Assembly: GCA_963761335.1 (NCBI GenBank)
Contig: CAVXGR010000011.1
Coordinates: forward strand, 352,001 to 416,000
Length of the DNA stretch: 64,000 nt
Source: an uncultured delta proteobacterium
GTDB lineage: Bacteria > Desulfobacterota > Binatia > HRBIN30 > BPIQ01
Direction: 5' to 3'
Shown here piece by piece: positions 50,145 through 62,103 of this stretch. The number at the start of each line of letters is the position of its first letter. Within the stretch, counting starts at the first letter, position 1. The notes below the pieces were generated by a model that saw only the letters and a program-made list of their open reading frames with translations, was not told the origin of the DNA and did not search any database. A program made the position numbers and the translations under genes.

Positions 50145-50888
50145 TCATATCGGGGTCTGCACTTCCATGTACGACAGGCGCTGCCCTCCCTCGATCTCGC
50201 CGCGCCCCTTGTCGAGGTCCGCGAGGCTGTCGAGAACGCGCCAGTAGCCGTCGTAGCGCCAGCCGTAGAGAGGCTCTCCTGCGGCGAGCAAGCCGAGCAG
50301 GGTGTCGGTCGCGAGGCTGAAGACGCCGGGCGACATGGTGTCGAGGACAGCGGGCTCCCAGACGCTGACGCCGGCGAACATCAGCGCTTCGAGTGGCTCC
50401 GGCCAGGGCGCCGGCCGGCCGAGAAAGCGGCGAATGCGGCCGCCGGCGTCGATCTCGATCAGCCCGTAGCGGGCGGCCGCAGGATCGCGGCGCAGCACCA
50501 TGGTGACGGCGGCGCCCCGGTCGGCGTGAAAGTCGGTGAGCCCCCGCAAGGGCACGTCGTGAATGCTGTCGGCGTTGAGCACCAGAAAGCGGTCGCCGGC
50601 GAGCCAGCGCGAGGCGCGCTGCACGGCGCCGCCCGTCCCCAGAAGCGTCTCCTCCTCGGAATAGATGATGCGCACGCCGAAGGCGGAGCCGTCGCCGAGC
50701 GCCTCGCGGATCTGGGCGGCGCGATAGTGCACGTTCACCACCACATCGCGGATGCCCGCCGCCGCCAGCTGGCGCAGCGGGTAGGCGATCATCGGCAGAC
50801 CGGCGACCTCGACGAGCGGCTTCGGCGTCTGCTCGGTGAGCGGGCGCAGGCGGGTGCCGAGCCCGGCGGCGAGAATCATGGCCTTCAC
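50145..50888 (-). CDS. murU: Nucleotidyltransferase, MurU-like
   Basis: KAMILAAGLGTRLRPLT..PKPL, LGTGG, LNAD; coupled to amgK-like gene. Confidence 0.8.
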   Translation of the reverse strand: MKAMILAAGLGTRLRPLTEQTPKPLVEVAGLPMIAYPLRQLAAAGIRDVVVNVHYRAAQIREALGDGSAFGVRIIYSEEETLLGTGGAVQRASRWLAGDRFLVLNADSIHDVPLRGLTDFHADRGAAVTMVLRRDPAAARYGLIEIDAGGRIRRFLGRPAPWPEPLEALMFAGVSVWEPAVLDTMSPGVFSLATDTLLGLLAAGEPLYGWRYDGYWRVLDSLADLDKGRGEIEGGQRLSYMEVQTPI

Positions 50889-51958
50889 GGCGCCAGCTCG
50901 GGGAAGGAGGGGACGAGCACGGAGCGGATCTCGTCGCCCTGCGGCACGACGCCGAGGAGGCGCGCGATCTGCGCCAGGGTCGGGGGCAGGTAACGGAGAT
51001 AGCCGCGCTTGCCCTTCACCATGTCCAGATAATGGAAGCGGCCGACCACCTTGAAAGCCTTCTGCAGGGCACAGAGGTGATAGGTCTCGTCCAGATGCTG
51101 CGGGTCCCAGGCGGCACCGCCGGCCTCGCTCCAGCGGCGGCGGTAATAGTCGAGCAGGCGTCGCTCGATGTGCGCCTCGATGATGGTCGGGGTGTCGCGG
51201 TCGCCGAGCAGGGTGGCGAGGTCGTAGGGCGCCACCGCCAGCAGGGCATCCTGGAAGTCGAGAACGCGGATGCGATCGCCCTGCACGAAGAGGTTCCAGG
51301 CGTGAAAGTCGCGGTGGTTGAGGACCCGCGGCTCGCCGTCCAGCCGCCGGGCGATCGCCGCGAAGATTTCTCGCAGCCGTGCCGCGGCGGGCGCCGGCAG
51401 CGGCCGCAGCCGGCGCTCGATGCCGAACTCGATGAAGTGCTCGAACTCCCACAGATACAGGCGTTCGTCGAAGGCTTGATGAAAAGCGATGCAGTCGGGA
51501 TCGGCGGCGCGCGTGCCGTCGATCTGCAGGAGCAGGAGCTGCTCGATGGCGCGCTCGAAGTGCCGCTCGATCGTTGCCGCGTCGGCCCCGTCGACGGCGT
51601 CGCGCAGTGCCAGATCGCCGATGTCCTCGAGTAGCAGGACGCCCTCCGCCGAGCCGTCCAGGTAGACCTCGGGCACGTCGACTCGCAGGCGGAGGAGAAA
51701 ACGGTGCACGTTCAGGTACGGAAGCTCGTCCGTGCTCGGCAGGACGGCGAGCTCGTCCGAGGAAACCGCCACCCCCCGGTCGGCGAGGATCATGACCACG
51801 GCCGTCGGCGGAGGCTCGGACCCCCGCAGCCAGGCACGCGCGTAGGAGCGGGTCGAGGCGTCGCCGGCGAGCGGCTCGAGCCGCACCACCGTGGCGTCCT
51901 CTCCCCAGCGCCGCCGCACCAGCGGCGCGAGCCGCACCCGCAGGGCGTCGACGTCCAT
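50885..51958 (-). CDS. amgK: Phosphotransferase, AmgK-like (anomeric MurNAc/GlcNAc kinase)
   Basis: LAGDASTRSY.R, LLEDIGD, HRDFHAWNL, LDFQDA, YDLA.LL.D. Confidence 0.85.
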   Translation of the reverse strand: MDVDALRVRLAPLVRRRWGEDATVVRLEPLAGDASTRSYARAWLRGSEPPPTAVVMILADRGVAVSSDELAVLPSTDELPYLNVHRFLLRLRVDVPEVYLDGSAEGVLLLEDIGDLALRDAVDGADAATIERHFERAIEQLLLLQIDGTRAADPDCIAFHQAFDERLYLWEFEHFIEFGIERRLRPLPAPAAARLREIFAAIARRLDGEPRVLNHRDFHAWNLFVQGDRIRVLDFQDALLAVAPYDLATLLGDRDTPTIIEAHIERRLLDYYRRRWSEAGGAAWDPQHLDETYHLCALQKAFKVVGRFHYLDMVKGKRGYLRYLPPTLAQIARLLGVVPQGDEIRSVLVPSFPELAP

Positions 51959-52003
51959 GACGGCGAGCGAGTAGCAAAGGGGATGGGGGGAGTCAAAAGA
52001 CCT

Positions 52004-52027
52004 GCGGCCAGGATGGCCGCGCTCCCA
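52004..52027 (-). repeat. Family A REP singlet
   Basis: GCGGCCAGGATGGCCGCGCTCCCA. Confidence 0.8.
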
Positions 52028-52144
52028 GCGGCCGTGATGCTCGGGCTCTCCGGGGTCACCTTGACTTGGCCATGGTCTTCTAATACGTGAACCTGGATAT
52101 TCACGGCGGCCCGAATAGTTCGGACGCCATCGATTTCTTCCCGC

Positions 52145-52501
52145 ATGACAGCGCAATACGTCCCCATCGTGGTCACCTTTGTGCTCGCCGCGATCGTCGT
52201 CGCGGTGATGCTGCTGCTGGGGAGGATTCTCAGCCCGCACGCCACCAACCCGGTGAAGACCGAGGTGTTCGAGTGCGGCAACCCGCCGAGCGGCAGCGCC
52301 TTGGGGCGCTTCTCGGTGAAGTTCTACATGGTCGCCATCCTCTTCATCATCTTCGACGTCGAGGTGGTGTTCATGTACCCGTGGGCGGTGCTCTTCCGGC
52401 GGCTGGGCTGGTTCGGGCTCGGCGAGATGATGGTGTTCATCTCGGTGCTGACCATCGGCCTCGTCTACGTGTGGCGAAAAGGGGCGCTGGAATGGGACTA
52501 G
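52145..52501 (+). CDS. nuoA: NADH-quinone oxidoreductase subunit A
   Basis: FECG, RFSVKFY.VAILFIIFDVE, WRKGALEW. Confidence 0.96.
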   Translation: MTAQYVPIVVTFVLAAIVVAVMLLLGRILSPHATNPVKTEVFECGNPPSGSALGRFSVKFYMVAILFIIFDVEVVFMYPWAVLFRRLGWFGLGEMMVFISVLTIGLVYVWRKGALEWD

Positions 52502-53007
52502 AAGCGACCCCGGTGATCCCGCAGGTGCGCGAAGCCCTCGGCGACAAGGTGATCGAGACACACGCGCACGCCGGCGATGAGACCGTCGTCGTGCCGCGGG
52601 AGAGCTGGGTCGAGGCCCTCCGCACCTTGCGCGACCGCCCGGAGCTCGCCTTCAACTTCCTGATGGACCTGACCGCGGTCGACTACTTCGGCCGCGATCC
52701 GCGCTTCGAGATCGTCGCCCACCTCTACTCCCTCGCCCACAACCGCCGCCTGCGCGTCAAGACGCGGGTGCCGGACGCCGATCCGTCCGTCGATTCGCTC
52801 ACCCCCCTGTGGCGGGCCGCCGACTGGCTGGAGCGCGAGGCGTGGGACATGCTCGGCATCATCTTTCACGGGCATCCGGACCTGCGCCGCATCCTGCTCT
52901 ATGAGGAGTTCGTCGGCCACCCGCTGCGCAAGGACTATCCGGTGAACAAGCGCCAGCCGCTGGTCCCCGAGCGCGACCCCATCGAGAAAGGCTGGAGACC
53001 CGGATGA
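52492..53007 (+). CDS. nuoC: NADH-quinone oxidoreductase subunit C
   Basis: DLTAVDY, W.EREAWDMLGI.F.GHPDLRRIL, GHPLRKDYP. Confidence 0.96.
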   Translation: MGLEATPVIPQVREALGDKVIETHAHAGDETVVVPRESWVEALRTLRDRPELAFNFLMDLTAVDYFGRDPRFEIVAHLYSLAHNRRLRVKTRVPDADPSVDSLTPLWRAADWLEREAWDMLGIIFHGHPDLRRILLYEEFVGHPLRKDYPVNKRQPLVPERDPIEKGWRPG

Positions 53008-54212
53008 CCACCAAGCGCGGCGCCCTGCCGATCGAGGTCGATCCGACCGAGGAGGTCATGGAGCTGCAGATGGGTCCGTCCCATCCGGCCACTCATGGCA
53101 CCATCAAGTTCAACCTCAAGCTCGACGGCGAGGTGGTGCTCGCCAACGACGTCGAGGTCGGCTACCTGCACCGGGGCTTCGAGAAGATGTCGGAGCAGGG
53201 GACCTGGACGCAGGTCATCCCCTACACCGACCGCCTCAACTACGTCTCGCCGCTGATCAACAACGTCGGCTACTCCCTGGCGGTGGAGAAGCTGCTCGGC
53301 ATCGAGGTGCCGGAGCGCTGCCACTACATCCGCCTGATCATGAGCGAGATCTCGCGGCTCACCGACCACCTCACCTGCCTGGGGATGTCGGCGACCGAAG
53401 CGGGGGCGATGACCGTGGGCTTCCTGCTCAACGAGTCGCGCGAGGCGCTCTACGACATCGTCGAGGCGGTCACCGGAGCCCGCATCACGGTCACCTACAC
53501 CCGCATCGGCGGCGTCGCCCGCGACTTTCCCGTCGACACGGGGGCGCGCATCAAGAAGGCGTTCACCGACATGCGCGCCATCCTCGACGATTGCGACCAC
53601 CTGCTGACGCGCAACCGCATCTTCTACGATCGCATGGCGGGAGTCGGGGTCATCTCGCAGGAGGACTCGATCTCCTACGGCCTCACCGGGCCGATGCTGC
53701 GCGCCACCGGGGTGAACTACGACGTCCGCAAGCAGTCGCCCTACCTGGTCTACGACCGCATGAATTTCGAGGTGCCGCTCGGCGAGAAGGGCGACAACTA
53801 CGACCGCTTTCTATGCCGCTTCCGCGAGATCGAGCAGAGCATGCACATCGTCGAGCAGGCAATGCGAGAGATGCCGGAGGGCCCGATCCGCGTCGACGAT
53901 CCGCGCATCACGCTGCCGGAGAAGCGCGACGTGTACTCCAGCATCGAAGGCCTGATGAACCATTTCAAGCTGGTCATGGAGGGCGTCAAGGTGCCGCCGG
54001 GCGAAGCCTACCAGGCGGTGGAGGGCGCCAACGGCGAGCTCGGCTTCTACGTGGTCAGCGACGGCAGCGGCCGTCCCTATCGCGTGCGCGTGCGGCCGCC
54101 GTGCTTTTTCGGCATGGCCGCCCTGGAACATATGATGCGCGGTTGCATGATCGCCGACATCGTCACCATCTTCGGCATGGTGAACATGATCGGCGGGGAG
54201 TGCGACCGCTGA
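53004..54212 (+). CDS. nuoD: NADH-quinone oxidoreductase subunit D
   Basis: MGPSHPATHG, GYLHRGFEK, DRLNY, GPMLRATG, GELG.Y, GECDR. Confidence 0.97.
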   Translation: MTTKRGALPIEVDPTEEVMELQMGPSHPATHGTIKFNLKLDGEVVLANDVEVGYLHRGFEKMSEQGTWTQVIPYTDRLNYVSPLINNVGYSLAVEKLLGIEVPERCHYIRLIMSEISRLTDHLTCLGMSATEAGAMTVGFLLNESREALYDIVEAVTGARITVTYTRIGGVARDFPVDTGARIKKAFTDMRAILDDCDHLLTRNRIFYDRMAGVGVISQEDSISYGLTGPMLRATGVNYDVRKQSPYLVYDRMNFEVPLGEKGDNYDRFLCRFREIEQSMHIVEQAMREMPEGPIRVDDPRITLPEKRDVYSSIEGLMNHFKLVMEGVKVPPGEAYQAVEGANGELGFYVVSDGSGRPYRVRVRPPCFFGMAALEHMMRGCMIADIVTIFGMVNMIGGECDR

Positions 54213-54263
54213 TGGCGCCGGCTCGCCGGCGCGCGGCCTGAAATCGGACACCACTTCCGCCGC

Positions 54264-54743
54264 ATGCCCGCCCAATTCTCCCCCGAGGCTCTGCAGGAGT
54301 TCGAGAACCTTGTCGCCCGCTACCCGCAGCGGCAGGCGGCCTTGCTGCCGGTTCTCTGGCTGGCGCAGCGCGAGTTCGGCTGGATCTCCGAGGAGGTGGT
54401 CACCCACGTCGCCGGCCTGCTGAAGCTGCCGCCGGCGCGCGTCGCCGGCGTGGTGTCCTTCTACACGATGTACTACCGCCAGCCGATGGGGAAGTACCAT
54501 CTGCAGGTGTGCCGGAATCTGTCGTGCAGCCTGCGCGGCGCCGGAGACATCACCGCCTGCATCGAGCGGCGCTTGGGAATCAAGGTGGGCCAGACCACTG
54601 CGGACATGCAGTTCTCGCTCAGCGAGGTCGAGTGCCTGGCATCGTGCGGCACCGCGCCGATGCTGCAGCTGAACGACGAGTTCGTCGAGAACCTCACCCC
54701 CGAGAGCACCATCGAGCTGATCGATCGGCTGGCGCGCGAGTGA
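54264..54743 (+). CDS. nuoE: NADH-quinone oxidoreductase subunit E
   Basis: SFYTMY, CRNLSC, ECLASC..AP (four 2Fe-2S Cys). Confidence 0.95.
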   Translation: MPAQFSPEALQEFENLVARYPQRQAALLPVLWLAQREFGWISEEVVTHVAGLLKLPPARVAGVVSFYTMYYRQPMGKYHLQVCRNLSCSLRGAGDITACIERRLGIKVGQTTADMQFSLSEVECLASCGTAPMLQLNDEFVENLTPESTIELIDRLARE

Positions 54744-54796
54744 GCGGCGGGCGCAGTGGTGGTGCGGTGAAGAGGTCGGACGGATTGGACTGACGA

Positions 54797-55903
54797 ATGC
54801 TCGAAATCATCGTCATTGCCGCCATCAAGTCGCTGCTGGTGGTGCTCATGGTGCTGCAGCTGGCCGGCGTGCTCGGTTGGATCGAGCGCAAGGGCAGCGC
54901 CCTGATCCAGGATCGCATCGGCGCCAACCGCGCCGGCCTGCCGCTGTTCGGCCGCAACGTCGCCGTGGCCGGGCTGGTGAACACGCTGATGGCCGACCCG
55001 ATCAAGTTCCTCACCAAGGAGGACTTCGTCCCCGAGGGTGCCGATCGCCTGCTGCACGCGTTGGCACCGTGCGTCAACCTCTTCCCCGCCCTGGTCGCCT
55101 TCGCGGTCATTCCCTTCGGCGACGTCCTGGTGATTGGCGACCGCCACATCAACCTGCAGGTGGCGCCGCTCAACGTCGGCGTTCTCTACATCCTGGCGAT
55201 GGCCTCGCTGGGCGTCTACGGCGTCGTCCTCGGCGGCTGGGCGTCGAACAACCGCTGGTCGCTGCTCGGCGGCATCCGCGGCTCGGCGCAGATGATCTCC
55301 TACGAGATCGCCATGGGCCTGTCGGTCGTCGCCGCGGTGATGACCTATGGCACCCTCGACCTGCAGGCGATGTGTCGCGCCCAGGGGCATCTGATCGGCG
55401 GCTGGCTGCCCGGGTGGGGCATTCTCTACCAGCCGCTCGCCTTCATCATCTTCATGACGGCGGGGATGGCGGAGAGCAAGCGCGTCCCCTTCGACCTGCC
55501 GGAGTCCGAGTCGGAGCTGATCAGCGGCTACTTCACGGAGTACTCCGGGGTGAAGCACCTGATGTTCTTCATGACCGACTTCGTCGAGGTGATCATCGTC
55601 TCCGGTGTGGCCGCCGCCATCTTCCTGGGCGGCTGGCAGGTGCCGTACCTATACGCCGACGGCTTCCACTTTCCGTGGGGCGCCGCCGTGGCGCTGCCCA
55701 ACATCGCGGTGGTGCTCCTGCAGCTGATCTCCTTTGGCGTCAAGGTCGTGATCCTCTGCTGGGGGCAGATCATGGTGCGCTGGACCCTGCCGCGCTTCCG
55801 CTACGACCAGCTCATGCGCCTCGGCTGGAAGGGTCTGCTGCCGGTGGCGCTGGCCAACATCGTGATCACCGCGGTGATCACGCTCGCGGTGCAGACGCCA
55901 TGA
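54797..55903 (+). CDS. nuoH: NADH-quinone oxidoreductase subunit H
   Basis: ERK..A.IQDR.G.NR, AQMISYE, PFDLPESESEL, RWTLPRFRYDQLM. Confidence 0.96.
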   Translation: MLEIIVIAAIKSLLVVLMVLQLAGVLGWIERKGSALIQDRIGANRAGLPLFGRNVAVAGLVNTLMADPIKFLTKEDFVPEGADRLLHALAPCVNLFPALVAFAVIPFGDVLVIGDRHINLQVAPLNVGVLYILAMASLGVYGVVLGGWASNNRWSLLGGIRGSAQMISYEIAMGLSVVAAVMTYGTLDLQAMCRAQGHLIGGWLPGWGILYQPLAFIIFMTAGMAESKRVPFDLPESESELISGYFTEYSGVKHLMFFMTDFVEVIIVSGVAAAIFLGGWQVPYLYADGFHFPWGAAVALPNIAVVLLQLISFGVKVVILCWGQIMVRWTLPRFRYDQLMRLGWKGLLPVALANIVITAVITLAVQTP

Positions 55904-56394
55904 GCCTGCCGCTGTTCCTCATCTTCGCGGCTCTGCTGGTCGCCGCTTCGCTGGGCGTCATCCTCTTTCCGCACCCGGTGCGCAGCGCCCTTTCCCTGGT
56001 GTCGGCGCTCTTCATCCTCGCCGTCATCTACATCTTTCTCGACGCGCACCTGGTGGCGGCGCTGCAGATCATCGTCTACGCGGGCGCCATCATGGTGCTG
56101 TTCCTCTTCGTGATCATGCTGCTCAACCTGCAGACCGAGGTGCGGGAGAGCAAGGTGGGGCTGAAGGCCGCGGCGGCGATTGCCGCCGGGCTGCTGGCGG
56201 CGCAGCTGGCATACATCTTCCACCAGGGCGCGACCGGTGTCACCGACGGCCAGGTGCCCGCCGCCTACGGCACCACCGAGGCGGTGGCCGAGCGGCTGTT
56301 CAGCCACTTTCTCCTGCCCTTCGAGCTCACCTCTGTGCTCCTTCTCGTGGCCATCGTCGGCGCCGTGGTGCTGGCGAAGCGCAGGATCGGCTAG
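55900..56394 (+). CDS. nuoJ: NADH-quinone oxidoreductase subunit J
   Basis: QIIVYAGAIMVLFLFVIMLL, PFELTSVLLLVA. Confidence 0.95.
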   Translation: MSLPLFLIFAALLVAASLGVILFPHPVRSALSLVSALFILAVIYIFLDAHLVAALQIIVYAGAIMVLFLFVIMLLNLQTEVRESKVGLKAAAAIAAGLLAAQLAYIFHQGATGVTDGQVPAAYGTTEAVAERLFSHFLLPFELTSVLLLVAIVGAVVLAKRRIG

Positions 56395-56418
56395 GCGCGC
56401 CGGGGGATTGCGAGACCT

Positions 56419-56721
56419 ATGGTACCGACGAGCTACTACCTGATCCTGGCGGCGGCCATCTTTTCCATCGGCGCCACCGGCGTCATCATCCGCCGCAACG
56501 TCATCGTCATCTTCATGTCGATCGAGCTGATGCTGAACGCCGTCAACCTGGCCTTCGTGGCCCTGTCGCGGCAGTTCAACTCGATGGACGGACAGGCGAT
56601 CGTCTTCTTCGTGATGACGGTCGCCGCCGCCGAGGCCGCCGTCGGGCTGGCGATCATCATCTCGGTCTTCCGCAACCGCGAGACGCTGAACGCGGACGAG
56701 CTGAACCTGCTGCGGTGGTAG
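56419..56721 (+). CDS. nuoK: NADH-quinone oxidoreductase subunit K
   Basis: [23 protein letters not shown]. Confidence 0.96.
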   Translation: MVPTSYYLILAAAIFSIGATGVIIRRNVIVIFMSIELMLNAVNLAFVALSRQFNSMDGQAIVFFVMTVAAAEAAVGLAIIISVFRNRETLNADELNLLRW

Positions 56722-56723
56722 CC

Positions 56724-58661
56724 ATGCACGGGCACTTTCTCGACGTCTCCTATCTCTGGCTGATTCCCGCCCTGCCCCTCGCCGGCGTCCTCTTCAACGC
56801 GGCTCTCGGCCAGCGACTGGGGCGCGGCGTGGTTCGCCTCGTCGCCCCCGGCGTCGTGCTCGGGGCGTTTGCGACGGCGGCAACCGCCTTCGTGCAGCTC
56901 TGGCAGGCGCCCGAGGGAGCCGTGCTGCTCGACCGGGTCTTTCCCTGGATCCACGCCGGCTCGCTGCAGGTCGACGTCGTCTTCCGCGTCGACCCGCTGT
57001 CGGCGGTGATGATCCTGGTGGTGACCGGCGTCGGCTTCCTGATCCACGTCTACTCCACCGGCTACATGGGGCACGACGCCGACTACGCCCGCTACTTCAC
57101 CTATCTCAACCTGTTCACCGCCTCGATGCTCATCCTGGTGCTGGCCGACAATCTGCCGCTGCTCTTCGTCGGCTGGGAGGGCGTCGGCCTGTGCTCCTAT
57201 CTGCTGATCGGCTTCTGGTACGACAAGGAGGAGAACGCCGCCGCCGGCAAGAAGGCGTTCATCGTCAACCGGATCGGCGACTTCGGCTTCCTGCTCGGCG
57301 TCTTCCTGCTGTTCTGGAGCCTCGGCAGCGGCCCGCACGCGCTCGACTTCCACGAGATCGCCGCCAAGACGGGGAGCATGGCGCCGGCGACGATCACCGC
57401 CATCTGCCTGCTCCTCTTCGTCGGCGCCACCGGCAAGTCGGCGCAGATTCCGCTCTACGTGTGGCTGCCCGATGCCATGGCCGGTCCCACCCCGGTCAGC
57501 GCCCTGATCCACGCCGCCACCATGGTCACCGCCGGCGTCTACATGATCGCCCGGCTCAACTTCCTCTATATTCTCTCGCCCACGGCGCTGGCGGTGGTCG
57601 CCACCATCGGCGCGCTCACGGCGTTCTTCGCCGCCACCATCGGCCTGGTGCAGAACGACATCAAGCGCGTGCTGGCCTACTCGACGATCAGCCAGCTGGG
57701 CTACATGTTCCTCGGCGTCGGCGTCGGCGCCTTCAGCGCCGGCATCTTTCACCTGATGACGCACGCCTTCTTCAAGGCGCTCCTCTTCCTCGGCGCCGGC
57801 AGCGTCATCCACGGCATGGGCGGCGAGCAGGACATGCGCAAGATGGGCGGCCTGCGGGCCCACATGCCGATCACCTTCTGGACCTTCATGGCCGCCTTCC
57901 TCGCCATCTCCGGGATCCCGGGGTTCTCCGGATTCTTCAGCAAGGACGAGATCCTCTGGAAGGCGTACGCCAGCCCCTTCGGGGGCATCTGGCTCTACGC
58001 GCTCGGCCTGGTGGCCGCGGGCCTGACGGCGTTCTACATGGGGCGCCTGGTGTTCATGACCTTCTTCGGCGAGTGCCGCGCCGACGAGGAGACGCGGCAT
58101 CACCTGCACGAGTCGCCGCCGAGCATGACGGTGCCGCTGCTGGTGCTCGGCTTCCTGTCGTTCGCCGGCGGCTACGTCGGCCTGCCGCTGCACCTCGGCT
58201 GGGGCAACCAGTTCGAGCGCTTTCTCGAGCCGGCGCTCCCCGGCGAGCACCTCGCGGCGGTGGCGCATGCCGCCGCCGGCACCGAGGCGCTGCTGATGGC
58301 GCTCTCGGTGGCGGTGGCACTGGCCGGTCTCGCCGTCGCCTACGTCTTCTACATCGCGCGTCCGGAGCTGCCCGGGCAGCTGGCGGCGCGCGCCGCCGGG
58401 CTCTATCAGCTGCTGTTCAACAAGTACTGGGTCGACGAGATCTACGATCGCGTCATCGTCCGCCCGATGCTCGCCGGCTCGCAGTTTCTCTGGCAGACCG
58501 TCGACAACGAGGTGATCGACGGCGCCGTCAACGGCGTCGCCGAGACGGTCGCAGTGAACTCCGCGGTATGGCGGCGCTGGCAGACGGGAAACGTGCAGCA
58601 TTACGCCCTCTCCTTTCTGATCGGCGCCCTCGGCGTAGTCGGCTACTTCGTCTGGCGGTGA
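56724..58661 (+). CDS. nuoL: NADH-quinone oxidoreductase subunit L
   Basis: GWEGVGLCSYLLIGFW, GKSAQ.PL.VWLPDAMAGPTPVSALIHAATMV, HAFFKALLFL. Confidence 0.97.
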   Translation: MHGHFLDVSYLWLIPALPLAGVLFNAALGQRLGRGVVRLVAPGVVLGAFATAATAFVQLWQAPEGAVLLDRVFPWIHAGSLQVDVVFRVDPLSAVMILVVTGVGFLIHVYSTGYMGHDADYARYFTYLNLFTASMLILVLADNLPLLFVGWEGVGLCSYLLIGFWYDKEENAAAGKKAFIVNRIGDFGFLLGVFLLFWSLGSGPHALDFHEIAAKTGSMAPATITAICLLLFVGATGKSAQIPLYVWLPDAMAGPTPVSALIHAATMVTAGVYMIARLNFLYILSPTALAVVATIGALTAFFAATIGLVQNDIKRVLAYSTISQLGYMFLGVGVGAFSAGIFHLMTHAFFKALLFLGAGSVIHGMGGEQDMRKMGGLRAHMPITFWTFMAAFLAISGIPGFSGFFSKDEILWKAYASPFGGIWLYALGLVAAGLTAFYMGRLVFMTFFGECRADEETRHHLHESPPSMTVPLLVLGFLSFAGGYVGLPLHLGWGNQFERFLEPALPGEHLAAVAHAAAGTEALLMALSVAVALAGLAVAYVFYIARPELPGQLAARAAGLYQLLFNKYWVDEIYDRVIVRPMLAGSQFLWQTVDNEVIDGAVNGVAETVAVNSAVWRRWQTGNVQHYALSFLIGALGVVGYFVWR

Positions 58662-58667
58662 TCTGAG

Positions 58668-60463
<1,796 letters not shown>

Positions 60464-60467
<4 letters not shown>

Positions 60468-61915
60468 ACATCCCGAGCATCTCCTGGCTGGTGGTTCTGC
60501 CGAGCCTGATCGTCACCGGCACCGCCCTGGTTGTTCTGCTGGCGGATCTGTGGAGCGAAGGCCCGGACCACGAGGCCCTCGGGTGGATCGGCATCCTCGG
60601 CCTGTTCGCCGCCGCGGTGGTGTCTCTGACGCTGTGGAACACGCACGAGAGCACCTTCTCCGGAGGCATGATCATCGATCGCTACGCGATCTTCTTCAAC
60701 CTGCTCTTCTGTCTCGCCGGCATCCTCGTGCTGCTCATGTCGATGAGCTATCTGGAGACCACCGACGTGCGCGGCGTCGGCGATTACTACTCGCTGACCA
60801 TCTTCGCCATCGCCGGCATGACACTGATGGCGGCCGCCGACGACCTGATCGTCGTCTTCCTGTCGCTGGAGATCATGTCGGTGGCGGTGTACGCCCTGGC
60901 CGGCATCTGGCGGCGGCAGCTGCGCTCCAACGAGGCGGCGCTCAAGTACTTCTTGATGGGCGCCTTCGCCACCGGCTTTCTCCTCTTCGGCATCGCCCTG
61001 GTGTACGGGGCCACCGGCACCACCCAGCTGGAGCTGATCTCGCAGAAGCTGGCAGCCGGTGGCGGCAACGAGCGCTTGCTCATCCTCGCCGGCACCGGGC
61101 TGCTGACGGTCGGCTTTGGCTTCAAGATTGCCGCCGTTCCCTTCCACCTGTGGACGCCCGACGTCTACGAGGGGTCGCCGACGTCGATCACGGCGCTGAT
61201 GGCGGTCGGCGTGAAGGCCGCGGCCTTCGCCGCCTTCGCGCGCGTCTTCAGCCACGCCCTCGGGCCGCTGCTGCCCGACTGGCAGGTGGTGCTCTGGGTG
61301 CTGGCGGCGCTGACCATGACCGTGGGCAACGTCGTCGCTCTGCTGCAGCAGAACATCAAGCGCATGCTCGCCTACTCGAGCATCGCCCACGCCGGCTATC
61401 TGCTGGTCGGCCTGGTGTCGGTGCGCGACGGCGGCGGCGCCGCCCTGCTCTTCTATCTGCTCGCCTACACGCTGATGAACCTCGGCGCCTTTGCCGTGGT
61501 GATCGCCGTCGGCCGCTTGGGCGAGCCCAACGAGCAGCTCGACGACTACGCCGGCCTCGGGTTCCGCTATCCGCTGCTCGGCCTGGCGATGACGGTGTTC
61601 ATGCTGTCGCTCGCCGGCATCCCGCCGCTGGTCGGCTTCGCCGGCAAGTTCTATCTGTTCAGCGCCGCCGTGCGCGCCGGCTTCGTCGGCCTGGCCGTGA
61701 TCGCCGTGCTCAACAGCGTCGTCTCGATGTACTACTACGCCGGCGTCTTGGTGCGCATGTTCATGACCGAAGGCACCGTGGTGATCGACGCCCCGGCGAC
61801 TCGCCCCTATCTGGTCGCCACCCTGCTCATCGCCATCACCGGCACCGTCCTCCTCGGCGTCTTCCCCTCCTTCGCCCACGAGCTCGCCCGGCAGTCCTTC
61901 CTGTCCCTGGGCTAG
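60464..61915 (+). CDS. nuoN: NADH-quinone oxidoreductase subunit N
   Basis: EAALKYF, FKIAAVPFHLWTPDVYEGSP, KRMLAYSSIAHAGY, SLAGIPP..GF.GK. Confidence 0.97.
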
Positions 61916-62103
61916 CACGGAGCGCGAGACGAAGACCGGGGGTCGAAACCGGACGCGGGACGCCGAGTGTCGCTGACCGCCGCGCGCCGCGGCTGAGCTT
62001 CGGTCGAGGCAGAAGCTAGCGTCAGGAAGCGCCGGGAGACGGGGGTCTTCGAGGAGCTCGTGCACTCGGACTTCGCGGCCGCCGGCAACGCTTGTGGCCA
62101 GCC

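Noticed and set aside
54195..54263. Selenocysteine read-through at the nuoD TGA
   Set aside because: GExDR is the normal NuoD C-terminus, and no hydrogenase CxxC/U motifs are present
61916..62103. Possible structured RNA after nuoN
   Set aside because: Only short GC-rich pairings such as GAAGACC/GGTCTTC; no recognisable family or second copy
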